Positions 11,072 through 37,504 of a DNA stretch of 64,000 nucleotides are shown in pieces (position 1 is the first letter of the stretch; the number at the start of each line of letters is the position of its first letter). The DNA comes from Takakia lepidozioides. Lineage: Eukaryota > Plantae > Bryophyta. A program made the translations under genes and the position numbers. The stretch is from contig CM060734.1 of assembly GCA_030704615.1 (NCBI GenBank), positions 43,214,001 to 43,278,000 on the forward strand. Reading direction: 5' to 3'. Under the pieces are notes generated by a model. It was not told where the DNA came from. It saw only the letters and a program-made list of their open reading frames with translations, and made no database searches.

Positions 11072-11671
11072 CTTAAAACCCATCCTCTCCTGAGGACTCA
11101 TTTGGAAGTACAATTGTTTTCACTATGGATTCTTTTCTCATAGTCCCAAATCATGCACATGGAAATACCTGTGCAAACCCATGCTCCTTCTATGTGATAT
11201 TAGCAGCACGGAAACTGGTTCACATGGAAAGTGATCCTCATAGGGAGGATACTTTGAACTCTTCTCAATATATAATAAACTGAAAGGGGTCTGATTTGTC
11301 AGTGGTTGCTCTCGCATATTTCAAAAAGGAAAAAAAACCTCCACATGTATTTGCTTTTAAAAAAAAAAAAACATTCTTTTGTGGTTTTGTGGCTTCTCAC
11401 TTCCTCCTTGAAATTCTTTATCAAACCTGGCAAGCCTTCAAATCCCATTCAAAGAGAAATTGTATGACTCTTCTTCTATTTGAGTGTCTCTCTTTACTTA
11501 GGCTCCTCCCAAGCCTAAATTCCTCGCAATCCTTCTCACAACTTCTCATTGTTGGGCAGATATTGGTGGATTCTTGTGCTTCCTGACAAGCTGGTGCAGT
11601 GATCCATGTGAATCTTTCTTCATGCCATTGCAAGGGGAAGAGGCTCTTATTTACACTAGCTCCAGCTGGCG

Positions 11672-11673
<2 letters not shown>

Positions 11674-11704
<31 letters not shown>
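11674..11704. repeat. (AT)n microsatellite
   Basis: About 15 AT units. Confidence 0.95.
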
Positions 11705-11708
<4 letters not shown>

Positions 11709-11759
11709 ACATGCACCTTGAAAGAAACATAAATTGAAATGGACAGAGCTGCAGAGACA

Positions 11760-14230
11760 CTCCATATGTTTTGCTCCGCTTCTGGATTCAAAGTAAACTG
11801 GAGCACTCGTAGGTGATCTCTCTAACTCGGACCTTGGTGCCAATCCAACCTGGGGTCACCAACAGGGGCTTAAATGGCTGAAACCAGGACAGACCACGAA
11901 GCTTTTGGCCTACACTTTTGGCATAGATCTCACTGACCAACAGAGATTTGAGCCTATTCTCTCAACCCTCAAACACAGGATGGCTCACTGGGGGTCAAAG
12001 CATCCCTCACCGCTAACCAAATTCTCTCGGCTGGAATTTGGTTCTATGCAAGCTCATGGAGGCCGAACAAGCAACAGATTGGACAAATTAAAAAGTTGCT
12101 CAGGAACTATGTCTGGGGGGCTGAATCGTCATCGCATCAAAGAAGGCCCCAAGTTTCCTGGAACCAAATATGCCTTTTTAAAAAACAGGTGGGGGGGTGG
12201 GGGTGATTGATCCAGAAACCCATCTAACAGCTCTTTTGGGCAAATGGATTCCGCGCTTCATGGGTCCTGAGGGGGGCTGGTGGAAGTTCCTTGTGGCAGA
12301 CAATATTTTACTGGCTTCCCCGCTGAAGAGTGCATCATGGTCCCCTTCCTTTCGTTGGATTGTCAATGGCTTCAAACATAAAAAGCCTCAATCCCCTCTG
12401 TGGAGTGCCATCTGGTATGCAGGGTAAACTCAGGGCCTTTCTTACAAAAGCCCAACCCTCCACCTACTATGAAACCCTCAGACAATACCTTTTCCTCAAT
12501 ACGAATAGCCCAAGCCCTAAGCAACGAAAGACCTCCAGTAGATGGTCAATTCAGCCTCGGGATTTCGCAGGTAGGGCATCTCTGGCAAAACGGAGGCCTG
12601 GCATCAGTCAATACTGTTGCGCTGAAAATAGGGACAACAGGGCTAATAGATCTTACACTGAGCTTACTCAAATGATAGACCAACAATGGCTGGGGTGCTT
12701 GCAAAGAGGGACACAGAACTCATCAGCACATTACTAGGCCCTCACTATTTTAGGCTCAGAATTATCAGTCCTGTTTGTCAAAGAGACCAATGTACACAAT
12801 CATGTGGCATATCCTTTCACCATAGATACAGTCACATTGGTACTGCACCTGCAATCGATTCAGCCAATGCTTCTCCCTCTTACCCCACTAACCCCAATTA
12901 GAGCATGCTGCTGGTCTACCATTCCCAAAGAAATGGATCCCCAGCCCAACATGCTCATTGATTTCATTACCTGGTTGAAAGCAAACACGTTTGTCTGGAT
13001 CCTGGGAAGACCTCTAGCAGAGCTGCAGTTCAATCCTTCTGAATGGACTTGGAAATTTGATGCGCAGTCAAAACCCTTCTTCTCATACACGACAAAGAAT
13101 GGATACAAAGCTTTGTCCACCGCCGAGCCCTTAAAAACAAATTGGAAAGCTAAGTGGGATCTCTATAACTTCCGGGATGAAAACTGGAGAGTAATCTGGG
13201 CCTCAGTTTGGCGTAGGTCTAGACCAGCAAAAATGTCAGCGTTTCTTTGGCAAGTGGTCAACAGATGCCTTAAAGTGGGAGGATGGTTGCAGTTTCATGA
13301 AGCCCTCCTCTGTGCTTGTTGCGCAACTGGGATCATGGAAAGTCCAGAACATTATCTGCTGCACTGTCATGCCCCAGCCACTGTTTGGCCTTTGGTAAAA
13401 ACCTTTGAACCCCAGGCAGCTCTTGGCACTTGACCTGCTGCTCAACTATGACCCAAGTACAAAGTCTTCAGCACTCTCTTGTCCTGTCTTTGAAACTCTT
13501 AGAAGTAGCACTATGTGGCATTTGTGGAAAGCAAGATGCACCAAGACTTTCTTCGGGGAGACTACCTCTACCTCTTTTCTCCTCACTTGCGTCTTCTATG
13601 ATCTTGGTACTGAAGCTAGGAAAGCTTGGGCAAAGTTATGTGTAGAGATCAAACGAAAACCCCTGCTCCACCTGGGGGAATCGGGGGCTCATTTGCTCCA
13701 GCGAAACACCAGACTCTTGTGTCTGGACCGAGCTGCCTCCCCCTTCCTGGAGAGGGCTCCGAGCGACACTTCACCGTACCTACCGTATCCGCAAAGTTTG
13801 AAAGGGATGTTAATTGGAAACATCTTAAGGGCTCCACAAAAGCCTCACGGCTTCACTACACTCAGGGCTAGACTACTTAGACAAAACCAAGCCCTTCAAG
13901 TAATCAAGGTGCCTTGATTTCCTCTTCACTTCTTGGATCATGGTCCAGACAAAGAACGTCCATTGCAAGTTCGGGAAGAACCGGAGGTCAACTCACTCTA
14001 GGGGGGAAAAACCTGTTTTCAGGGGTCAAGATCTTTATTTACTGAATACGGTGTGTGTGCCGCATGGCGTAAGTTAAAAGGGGTTTTAGTTTTTTTCCCC
14101 GAATAATTCGGAATAACTTGTAAGGTGGTTTTTTCGCCGAAACAATTTTTTTAATAATAAAGTTAAACAGGGATACACTCCCCCTGTTGTGTAAGAAGAA
14201 AAAAGAAAAAATAGAAAAATGATAAAAAGA
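11760..14230 (+). mobile_element. 5'-truncated, decayed L1-clade LINE (end of RT, zf-RVT, A-rich tail)
   Basis: FCSASGFKVNW (RT C-terminal motif), WGGGVID...LLGKWIPRF, zf-RVT-like PAKMSAFLWQVVNRCL...CACC...ESPEHYLLHC, MWHLWKARC; many frameshifts; A-rich run at about 14190-14230. Confidence 0.8.
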
Positions 14231-17060
14231 TACAGATAATATTGCAAGCTTGAGGCTGCAAGTGTTGCATGGTAGTGGGTGTTGCTAAAATATCAGCCAG
14301 TAATCAGCCATCAGTTGGAAGTGGACAGATGATAACTTGCCATGTGTCTGGGAAATTTAAATTTATAATGGTTAATAAATTACAGACGGCCCCAAATGTA
14401 AAGTGGTCCTTGTAAAAGCAAAAAGTAACCATAGACTGGTATGACATATTCATTGGCAATGAAGGCCTAATGCTGGCTGAATTGCATATAAAGCATATGC
14501 CACATGTTAGAATTTTTGAGCATCTTTGGACGGAGAAGGTGCCCCTTCAAATAGCAATATCGACACGAATCAACTGAAAATGTCTTAAATTACTAAGACA
14601 CCTTCAATTGCCTCAGGTGCAGGTATGAATGATTGAAGTCCTTCAAATAATTTGAAAATGCAGGCACTTGGCACCTTCTGGATGAGCTGAAAATGCGATC
14701 ATCGAACATCATCTTCAATGGGAATTTATTTATTTATAAATTATATTTCCGATCATCACCTTCGTAAACGTTTCTTCATATTTCCGGGCAACTTGAATGA
14801 GTAGATAAAAAAAAACCCCACCTTCCAACAAAAATCCACTGATGGAATCTGGATATTCTAGTCACATGCCATACTCGCCGGTCTATGGCTATTGTCATTT
14901 TTTTTTTCTTTTCTTTTTTAAGAAGTTTATTGTCACTTTTCCAAGACGATAAGGTTGAATTCAAGCACATTGAATCTAATTACGTGGCAAATAAGTAAGC
15001 AACTCCATGATCGGACGCCAGTTGTGGTCCCAGTGTGAAAATGATTTTATTTAAGCCAGTGGCATATGCTAACCAGTCGTATGGCATCCAATTTGTGCCA
15101 CCAGATGTCATTCCACGATCGGACGATGTGACAAACCCCCAATCACGATCATTCATGAATGGTTTATTTTATTTTATTTTATTTATAAATAAAAGGGGCC
15201 AGTTAATAAAATTAATAAAAGGACGGGAAAAAATAACCCGTTACAAAAGCCGTCAAGGGGATACCAATGGTTTACTTATCGATGTGATGGAACGCAGATG
15301 AATTAAAGCAGGATCAATTCATTGCCCCACCCTAGGGAAGAAAAAAGCCAAACCCTCGTGCCACAGGCCGTTCGAAAGGTTGAACCCAGGATCACCCCGT
15401 TCCTGGCACCCCGGGAAGAAAAACAGAAAAAACAGCCAAATCCTCGTCCGACCGGCCGTTCGAGAGGTCGAACCCAGGATCACCACGTCCTGGAACCCTG
15501 GGCGTTGAACCCAGGATGAGCGTGGTTAAGTTAGGGGGGGTGCGCAAGAAAGGAAGTAGGGATAAAATAAAGAGAGGGGCGAGGCGGGGGAGGGGGGAAG
15601 GTGAAAAGTAAAAGGGGCGGGGTTTGAAAAGGGCGCCACAAAGGAGCGCTCCCGCCATGGGGGCAGGGTGCCGTTAGGCGGGGGGGGGGCGTAACCATCA
15701 ACTAATGTATTTTAAGCGGATGTATTTGAACGCAGATGGCAAGCGCGCGCGACGGTCCGGGGAGAGGCAGAGCGGCGCTGCGGCCAAATGTAGCGGGGGG
15801 CCAGCGGTTAGCGGGCCGTCTCTACCTTGGCTTTGCGCAGGGCCTCGCCTGTGCGTGTGTGCGTGCCTGCCAGAGCAGCATGGTCGTGCAGCAATCAAAG
15901 CAGCAAAGCAAACAGGGTTTGATTTAGTCGCGACTAACCTTGGTTGCTCACCTCCTGCTCTTTCAGATTGTACTGCCTTACGGTCTCTCATCACTCGATG
16001 ATGCTGGCCATCATTCAGATTTGAGTACTTCGTCTGTGTTTATCACTTGCTGTGCGATGGAGATGGAGAGAGGCGAGAGCGGGAAATGTGCGGGAAGCGG
16101 AGGTGCTTCTTTGAAGGGGCATAAAGTGAATTTCTGATTGACGATGGCGGAGTCTTTCCGGTGGTTTTGAAGCGGCTATTTGTTTGGAGGACGTAGGGTG
16201 AGGCGGTATTCGTTGCATGTATGTTGCTTCTTTCGATTTTTTTGGTTGTACGTGGCTTCAGCGGGTTTGGTTCTTCCGACTCTGAGGCTTGGAGGCCGAC
16301 TCTGGTTGTTGGCCAGCTTACGGGGTATGGTTCTTATACTGGTGTCTTGAGAAAAGAGATGGCTGTGTGGTGTAATTTCAAACTTGAGGAGTGTTTGTGA
16401 ATAGAACTAGTCGCGGGCGGAAATGCACGGTGTGAAACCCCCCTCTGGTGGTGAGAATGAGCGAGCTGCTATGGAGTGTGAGCGGCTTGGAGCTCTGCTT
16501 AGTCTGTGGCTTGTACGGTGATTTCTGCTCGTTGGCGGTCAAGGGCGTCAATTATAAGCGACAGACACCTTTAGTTTCCTGACTAAGGCCTACCTAAATC
16601 TGTTCTTCTGCAACTTACAGGCATGCTTTTTGCCGGGGTGTTCTTTTTCTCATGTCTTTTTGTTGCGGGGCTTTTGATGAGATCGATTGAATATTGCTCA
16701 TGTTTGCACCCCCTAAATCTAGCAGCTTAAAGCTGCGTACGCTTGTGTCCGCCCTATTTGGTTTGGTTTGGAGCTTCTCCTTGTAAGTCTCGTGTTTCCG
16801 TGTCAGTGTCTTCAATTGAGGTGGCCGTGCCACTTTTCTCGACGTTTTGGATCTTCGAGGGCCTTTCTTATTATTGCATATTTAGCTCGTCACCCTCTGC
16901 TGTTTTTCGTGATTGAGCGTTTCATCCTTTTGACTGCCGTTACCTTTTACTTGACACTTCATTTATATTCCGACTGGCTTTGTGCTGCCAATTGCAAATG
17001 CAGAACGATGTGAAGGTTCGATTGTTGATTATTCCTGGGTAGAGACTGACGAAGTAAGAT

Positions 17061-30282
<13,222 letters not shown>

Positions 30283-33200
30283 CATTGAGGCTCTGGTCAA
30301 AGGCTCAGCACATATTAGAGACAATTTGTGAATACTCCTATTTGTGTTGAAACATCCCGCAGTGATTCTGAAATGAGGCTTACACCTGAGACCTAAGTTC
30401 AAACCTGCAAGGAAAATGTTGAAGGACGATGTGTCGGATGGCCTATGAATGGAATTTCATTAGCTTCCAATGCTGTTTTTAGAGGACTACGGTGTGAGCC
30501 TGCATGTGCTCATTCCCCTTGGACTGAATGAAACACATCAATTGATGGGATTTAAATTGCATAGATGTATATGATGTTTGCTCATACAGAGTCCAAATGT
30601 AATTATTTAATCAGTGCAGAGTAATTAGAGCAGACTCTTGAAAGGAAGCCTTCATTGAGAGTTTAGTGAAGCTTGGGTACTTTTCTTGCAGTGAGGAGCA
30701 CAAGGCATTGCAGAAGTCTTACAATAAGGACAATGTGGCAGGCTGCAAATGGTAATATGCAACTGTAAGATGCAATAATGTTAAAGAGTCACAGTCAGTA
30801 TGGTATGATAACAAGTGCAGTTCTCCAATATCCTTCAAAGACACTGTCAACATGGTTGTAACGGAGCCCTCAACCTGAGTCTAATCTCTTTGCCTTAGAT
30901 AGGACATCCTTGCTACTGAAGCTGATATTGAAGTTCTTGCTTGACAGGCATTCTTGCTATTCAACGAAACTTAGAAATTAGTATTACAAATCGGCTCTCA
31001 TAGTAGGCTGACATGATACTGACTAACACACTCCACAGCAACAGGATGGCACAAGACAATCCCTGCCTTCTCTCTTACGGACGGTAAACCTGATGCAGTG
31101 ATGTGCGATGCCAAGAGATTGTACCACCGAACATCCTAAATCAGTTCTTCCTTCCTTCTACCAAAATGATGTGATACCCATGCCTGTTACATCCAGGAGA
31201 GCAAGATATAGAGGGTCAGTACGTAGAAAACAGCACAACAAATTACAAGATGCTCGACAATCTAAAGCCAGATCATGTTTCATGTTCATAATTGTCCAAG
31301 ATAATTCCTGCAGTTCCTCCAGCATTGCACAAGCCTAGCTTAACGAGGAAAAACCCACCCTATGATGGATCATTCACACCAGAAGGTTTGAACCCACCGT
31401 ACAAGTGTCATGAAATTCTTCAGCGAGACTATCCAACAAATGGCCCAGTGAGGAGGGCACAAGGCCTTGCAAGCGGTCGTGGGTTCAAAGCCACACAGGT
31501 GTAGTGTATATTGGAAGTCACATTATACTCAACCTAGCTTTAAAAGGGGGTTGACCGGTTAACTAATATGCAGGTACCTTGGGCTTTTGAGTCCTTGAGG
31601 GAAGGTTTGGGCAAGCTAGTTACCCCAGTTACAGCCCTTAGAAGGCGTCCTACGGAAGGCAATAACTCTTCAGGATGAAGAGACAGACTGATTTATGCTC
31701 GCTCCAGAACTATGGTACTCTATTTACTCTCTTTTTATTTCTTTTTATTTCTATCTTTCCCCTTTGAAGGTGAAGAGAGAGGAGCTTAGTGAATGCTATG
31801 GAAACTCAAGGTAAGCTGAAATGTAGGCTCAGCAGAAGCCTAATGTCCAAATGAGAGCTGAGGGGCTTTTGCCAAGCCAGCCAGACAGAAGAAAGACCAA
31901 CATCCACAAAGGGCCCCCAGGACAAGGTAGAACAAACCAGGACCATCTTTATCATTGATGTTCCCTGCCAATGTCAGCTATGGCAGAGATGCTCCAAGAT
32001 AAGAGTACCTCTTCGAGGGGGTTTTAGCTGACCGAGGTGTATGAAATTCAGCCCCAAACTGCCATGCGTAGTGCTCATGCACGGCTATTGAAATCCAGTT
32101 ACAAATAGTATTGTTTTGTGGGCTCCAAGACTACATGAGTGACCTCCAGCACTCCTCTAGCTGGCAACAAGTGTGAAATATGCGGCTGTGGTTGCACAAT
32201 GTTGAGACAAGAGGGTATAGCGGCAGACGAGAGCAACCAGACTACAGAAGAAGAGGATAGGTAGGCAACAAGGGGTATAACTCACGTGGATTTGAAGGGT
32301 GTACTTGTTGTTCCAACAGGTGTAGCAAAGGCAACCTCCTGGAATGGGCCTGCCATTTTCCCGCGAGGGAACCAGCCCAGATCCCCACCTTTCTTTCCTG
32401 AGGGGCACTCGGAATACTCTGCTGCTAGCTGTTGCACCCATGCATATCATTAGAGTATCCCTCCCGACTGGCTGTGGCACAGTGACCGTAAGTAGGGGCA
32501 TAAAAGGGAACCACATGCCTGATATGTGGGCATCATAACAGGGATAGCATCCAGTGCAGTGAGTAACTTTTCTACTGACCCACCCTCTTTGAATATCAGA
32601 TATACTCTGACTTCACCTCTGTATGCTGAATTTGAGCGGGTCAAAAGTAGACAAAAAGCTGTATTACTTGTGTTATTATATATTTTTGTAATTGTAATCG
32701 ACTTGATCTGACGACAGTTCAGAAATTCCTGCATCTTTAAAAATGTAAATCCCAATGTTGAGGTAGGGCGAGCCACATGCTAATCTACTTGCACACTCAG
32801 CCCCCTTTCCTCTTAGCACCTTTCCTCCTCTTCTCTGGCCACCAGGCCCCCAACGAACTAGGTCCAATGCATTCATCCCTCCACTGCATTCTCTCCAACT
32901 AACATCATCGTAGTCTTCCATGTCTGTTTCCTGACAGATAACAGCTGTAAATCTTGTCTACTTCCATCCTCTTCTTCTTTTCCTCCACTGTATCTTCTGT
33001 GCATGAGTAATTTTCTATATATGTTCAAACCGTTGACTGCAAACAGATTGGCACAAACCTTTGCAAACTCGGCTGGGGGAACCTTGTCGCCACTGTCAAG
33101 CCAACCCTCCTGCAGCTTCTTGTAGGCCTCTGTAATTTTTCCCTGCTTCTCCGATAATATGTGCCTTGCTACACCCACCGTTGCATCGTTTGGCACATCA

Positions 33201-33867
33201 ATTAAAGTGTCACTCGCCCAACCCACATCTAGGCACGAAGACGTAAGTAGAGCGAGAGAGAGAGAGGAGACGAAGGGGAGTTGCCTTGCTCGCAATGCCA
33301 CGACCTACCCTGTCCTAGACGTAATCCTGAGTTGAAATGCGGAAAACTCAATCGTGACACATCGCTGAACTTTGCGTGTACGACTCCGCCATCCCCACTC
33401 ACTCCCCCACACCCTCCTCCTCCTCCAAGAAAAATCCACGAAGCAGACCTCTCCTTGCCCTCTAACCAATTATCCACAGAGGTTTAAATCCTTCCAACCT
33501 CGCCCCCAAGGAAGTAATCCACAGAGGAAACCAGTCACCGACACCCGCACTGGTGCAGCCAGTGAGAGGTGAATTGTGATGAGCATACCAAAGTCCACAA
33601 TCTATGCACTCTAACCCTGCAGTCACGCTGTGTTCATTGCGGAATGACAAGCATACCTTTCACATAAGTGCAGGTCCCAAGCCCGTCCGCCTTGGAATCT
33701 TTCTTGCCCTTGCCTTTGTCATCGCTACCTCCCGCTTGCTTGCCCTTCGCCTTGCCATCCTTGCCCTTGGCACTCGCATCCTTCCCCATTCTCTCTCTCT
33801 CTCCCCTCCTCCAACCCTCCTCACCACATCATCAACCCCTCAATCCCTCCTCACGCATGCGATGGCC

Positions 33868-33919
33868 AACCCGACCCGACCCGACCCGACCGGACCCGAT
33901 CTGACCTGAGCCGACCGGC
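33868..33919. repeat. (ACCCG)n pentamer run
   Basis: ACCCGACCCGACCCGACCCGACCGGACCCG, then degenerate. Confidence 0.85.
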
Positions 33920-34496
33920 TGTAAAAGAGAAAATACATGAGTAATACGTATTTAATTAAATGTACGATTACACGTACGATGAGAAATACATATACGTTAA
34001 TGCTACCGTGGTTTAGTCATAATCTCGGTACCGTGCTTTACTCTAGTCACGTCAATCATGAGTTGGAATGAGTCATCCAATGTTTCATCCAATGTTGATT
34101 CTTTTTCAAGCTTACCGCGCGCCGATGACGCGGCGAATTCTGCATCGGAAATGTCACATCGTCGCGGGCAAACGCTGACGTTACCTAACGTGTTGCAGTC
34201 GGATTCCGCTTGTTACGGAAAGCATCAGACGGATGAAAGTAGACGGCAGAGGGACATCCATCCAAGCTGCCCAGAACGTGAATTATTAAAATAAAAATAA
34301 TAATTATTACCATCGGACAAGCCTAACTTACTTTCACAGCAATTTACTTAGTCTTCACACATTTTCACGTTTTCCCAAGGAAGCAATTACCTACAAACTG
34401 ATTCTAGTCTGTCCGTTAACTAACGGAAACGAAATTTGTTGGGCGTGGTAGTAAAAGCGTGATAGAAGGTGTGTACTGTGTACTAGGCCTGTGGTC

Positions 34497-34661
34497 CTTG
34501 TCTGACCATACTCCATCACCATTAGTGAGCTGAGTAGACTGCATCTACGATTACCTACATGGCGGTAATAATCAGTGTACTTGTCCGACCATACTCAATC
34601 ACCACTAGTGAGCTGAGTAGAATACATCTACGATTACCTGCATGGCGGTAATCACAGTGTA
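34497..34661. repeat. Tandem duplication, 2 x 83 bp
   Basis: CTTGTCYGACCATACTCMATCACCAYTAGTGAGCTGAGTAGA...ATCTACGATTACCTRCATGGCGGTAAT occurs twice. Confidence 0.9.
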
Positions 34662-35372
34662 ACTGATGGCAGGAAAAAGGGGAAGTGTGGAGAGCTCAAG
34701 TTGAGTGTAGTAGAAGCCAGAAAGGGAGGAACTGAGAAAATAGTGAGGAGATTAGTGGGGGAGGGTGAGGACTAAGTAGATTCAAAACACAAAGAAAGCA
34801 ACAAGGCAGGAAAGAAAGAAAGAGAGAGTGCAGATTTGAAAAGGAGAAGAGGGGCTTGCTTGTCGGTACTACCCGGCTACCTGCTTGCTTGCTTGCTTGC
34901 TTGCTTCCCGCTGCTCTGCCACGCTGCCTGCTCTGCCTGTCGGTCTCAATCCATCTGCCATCGCCGACATGATGGAGCCGTGCTTGTGGGTCTGAGCATA
35001 TCAGCCTATGTTCGGCTATGGCGATGGTGGGTTGTATTGCTGCTGCTTGGGGAGGTTCGCTTGGGGATGCCAAATTTATGTGACATTTCTGTGCTTCTCC
35101 TTGCGGGTCTGCGGGTCCGAATCTGTGGCGGGTTGGAGCTTGATGGTGTCGGCAGGGAGAGGGTAGGGTATGGCGTACTGTGGTGTTGTGGGGGCGTTGG
35201 TTTGGGAGGTTCTCAGCCGACGTTGTGACCCCTCTGCTGGCTGTCGGCGGTCTGCTCTTATTTTGCTAGCCCTGAAGTGGGTTCGTTGATTGCTGGTTGT
35301 TCTTCTGGCTCATGTTCTTTCTTCGAGCAAGTTTGATTCTCTACATTGTTGTGGGGCTGCTGCCGGACAGCA

Positions 35373-36635
35373 ATGGGGACGGGGATGCTGCCGTCGTTCC
35401 ATGACGCTTATTTGCAGATTCTTGATCAACTGGAGACGCTGAAACGGGTTCATATTTTGCAAACGCGGTCTCCTGAGCCTGCAAGATTGTTCTTGGAAGC
35501 TGGACACCAGAGTGACCAAGTTAGGAATTCTTGGGCTGTGACTGAAACCCCAGACGCTCACAATTTGGTTAATGTTTCTCGGGTTGTGGTTGACTTGGGC
35601 CGCGTGGAAAGACAGGGTGGGGATGGAGCTTTTGGAGAAACGGGCGGGTGTGAGAGGCACAGGAGAGACGGGTCTGCTACAGATTTGATGGTTGTGGAGA
35701 ATCAGGGATGCGGAAATGCGGGGAATGATACTGCCACGAGTGAGAGAGATGGGAGGGAGCATTTAGTCAGAGGAATAGGCGGTGTGGCGAATGGCGCGGC
35801 TGCAAGATGTGAGAGACGCATGAAGGAGTCGCATACAAATCGTGATAACATCGAGGAGCGGGAAACACCGAGCAGGGATGTGGAATTTAAACACAAGGAG
35901 AAAGGCTTGGCCCCGTCACTAACAAGGCATTCGAATCTGAAAAGAGGCCGGAAGGAGAAGATGTATGGGCGCCTGAAGGAGGCAAATGAAGGGAGCTTTG
36001 AGGAGCAGAGGTTCTGGAAAGAAGAGGAGGGTAGAGAGGGAGATGAGGGGAAGAAACAGAGGAAGAGTGAAGGCGCAGTAAGTGTGAGTGGCGGAGAAAA
36101 CAGAAAAGAGGTGGAGTGGGGGGAGAAGGATGATGAAGCGAGACAGAGGAGTGATGGAGCCTCCAAGGACGAATATCAAGATGAAGCTGTAGGGAGCGAG
36201 GATGAGGATAGCGAAGATGAGGATGACCCCCTTCTGGATGCGAGCAAAACCAATGTGCCGACTGGCAGCGAGAGGGAGACTGCCTCACGTAGTGATAAGG
36301 ACTTCAGAAATTCAGTGAGGCTGGAACTGAAGAACGAGACTGTGAAGAGAGAGGCACGACGGGAGGTTTATAAAGAGCTCAAGACTGTCCTGGGTGGGTA
36401 CGTTCCATTGGAGGATGGTGCGTTCGGCGACGTGCGGAAGAGCTTCATTCATCAGATTGGAAAATTCGTGCGCGACCAGGTTGACGTGCTGCAACGCGAG
36501 CAGAACCGCAGCGACGCCTTGAAAGATGCTTTAACCAGAGAGCACAAAATGAATGAGCGCTTGCACTCTGAGAAGGTCGCCCTGCAGACCAAACTGGATG
36601 CTATTCTTTCCACTTTTCAGCAAGGCAGCTTGTGA
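35373..36635 (+). CDS. Unknown protein, charged/disordered with a C-terminal coiled coil (~420 aa)
   Basis: Long open frame; ATG just after a CAG acceptor; heptad-like C-terminus (VDVLQREQNRSDALKDALTREHKMNERL...). No family recognised. Confidence 0.65.
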   Translation: MGTGMLPSFHDAYLQILDQLETLKRVHILQTRSPEPARLFLEAGHQSDQVRNSWAVTETPDAHNLVNVSRVVVDLGRVERQGGDGAFGETGGCERHRRDGSATDLMVVENQGCGNAGNDTATSERDGREHLVRGIGGVANGAAARCERRMKESHTNRDNIEERETPSRDVEFKHKEKGLAPSLTRHSNLKRGRKEKMYGRLKEANEGSFEEQRFWKEEEGREGDEGKKQRKSEGAVSVSGGENRKEVEWGEKDDEARQRSDGASKDEYQDEAVGSEDEDSEDEDDPLLDASKTNVPTGSERETASRSDKDFRNSVRLELKNETVKREARREVYKELKTVLGGYVPLEDGAFGDVRKSFIHQIGKFVRDQVDVLQREQNRSDALKDALTREHKMNERLHSEKVALQTKLDAILSTFQQGSL

Positions 36636-37504
36636 GTTCCCGCCGCCCGTCCCTCGTCTTTCTTTTCTCATCTGAGTCTGTGCTTCCGGCCCGTATCGGT
36701 TTCTGTGAATTTGGAGGGGATAACCTGTCTAGTCAATGACACCTTTGAAGGGGAAGGGAATATAATGTCCACAGCTGACAAGTAGAATATGTAAATAGGA
36801 TGTGTGATCAGGTTTTATCGGATTTCCTATAAAGCCTGGTCTGCCTATGTGAGTCAAAACTTTGGGGAAGCAAACTATATGCTCGCATGCAGCCTAACTG
36901 CTAGCTGACAGTGGGGCGATATTGCGACTTGGAGGATCATGTCCACGAAATGCACCAGCCCCTTTTTCAGAGGCAGAAGGTGGTAGAGCTGTGGCCTGAA
37001 GTGGGGAGGAAATAGTCTGTATGGAGCTGCTGTGCTCCCTGTCCATGATCCACAATCATCGGTCTGTGCCCAAAACTCCGCAGATGAGAGATTGATGGCT
37101 GCGTCTGGGACAGTGAGGAGGCCGCCAGTGATAATATAAACCTGCTCCGATGAGGAATGCCTATTTACTTGGCCGGGGATCTTGTCCCTTTGGAGGGTTG
37201 GTTTTCAACTGCCAGATTTGTTTTCGGCACAAACCTTCAATTCAGCTGCCTTAAGTCTCACAAACTTTTCCCCATGTGAAGGACGAGTCAAACGTGGTGA
37301 TTTTTGGTGCAGTATTCTGTATCATTTCTTCCTTTGATTTTGTCTGCATTGACCCATGTAAGCCTAGACTGAGTTAGCTACCGGGCATTGGTTTGCGATT
37401 AACCTTCTGTTTCATCTTTGCAGTTGTTTGGTCACCTTTCCTATTTTCCAATACTGGTATGGGTTTTCAAAAAGTCTGAGATATGGGTTGTGGTTGTGTT
37501 GTGC

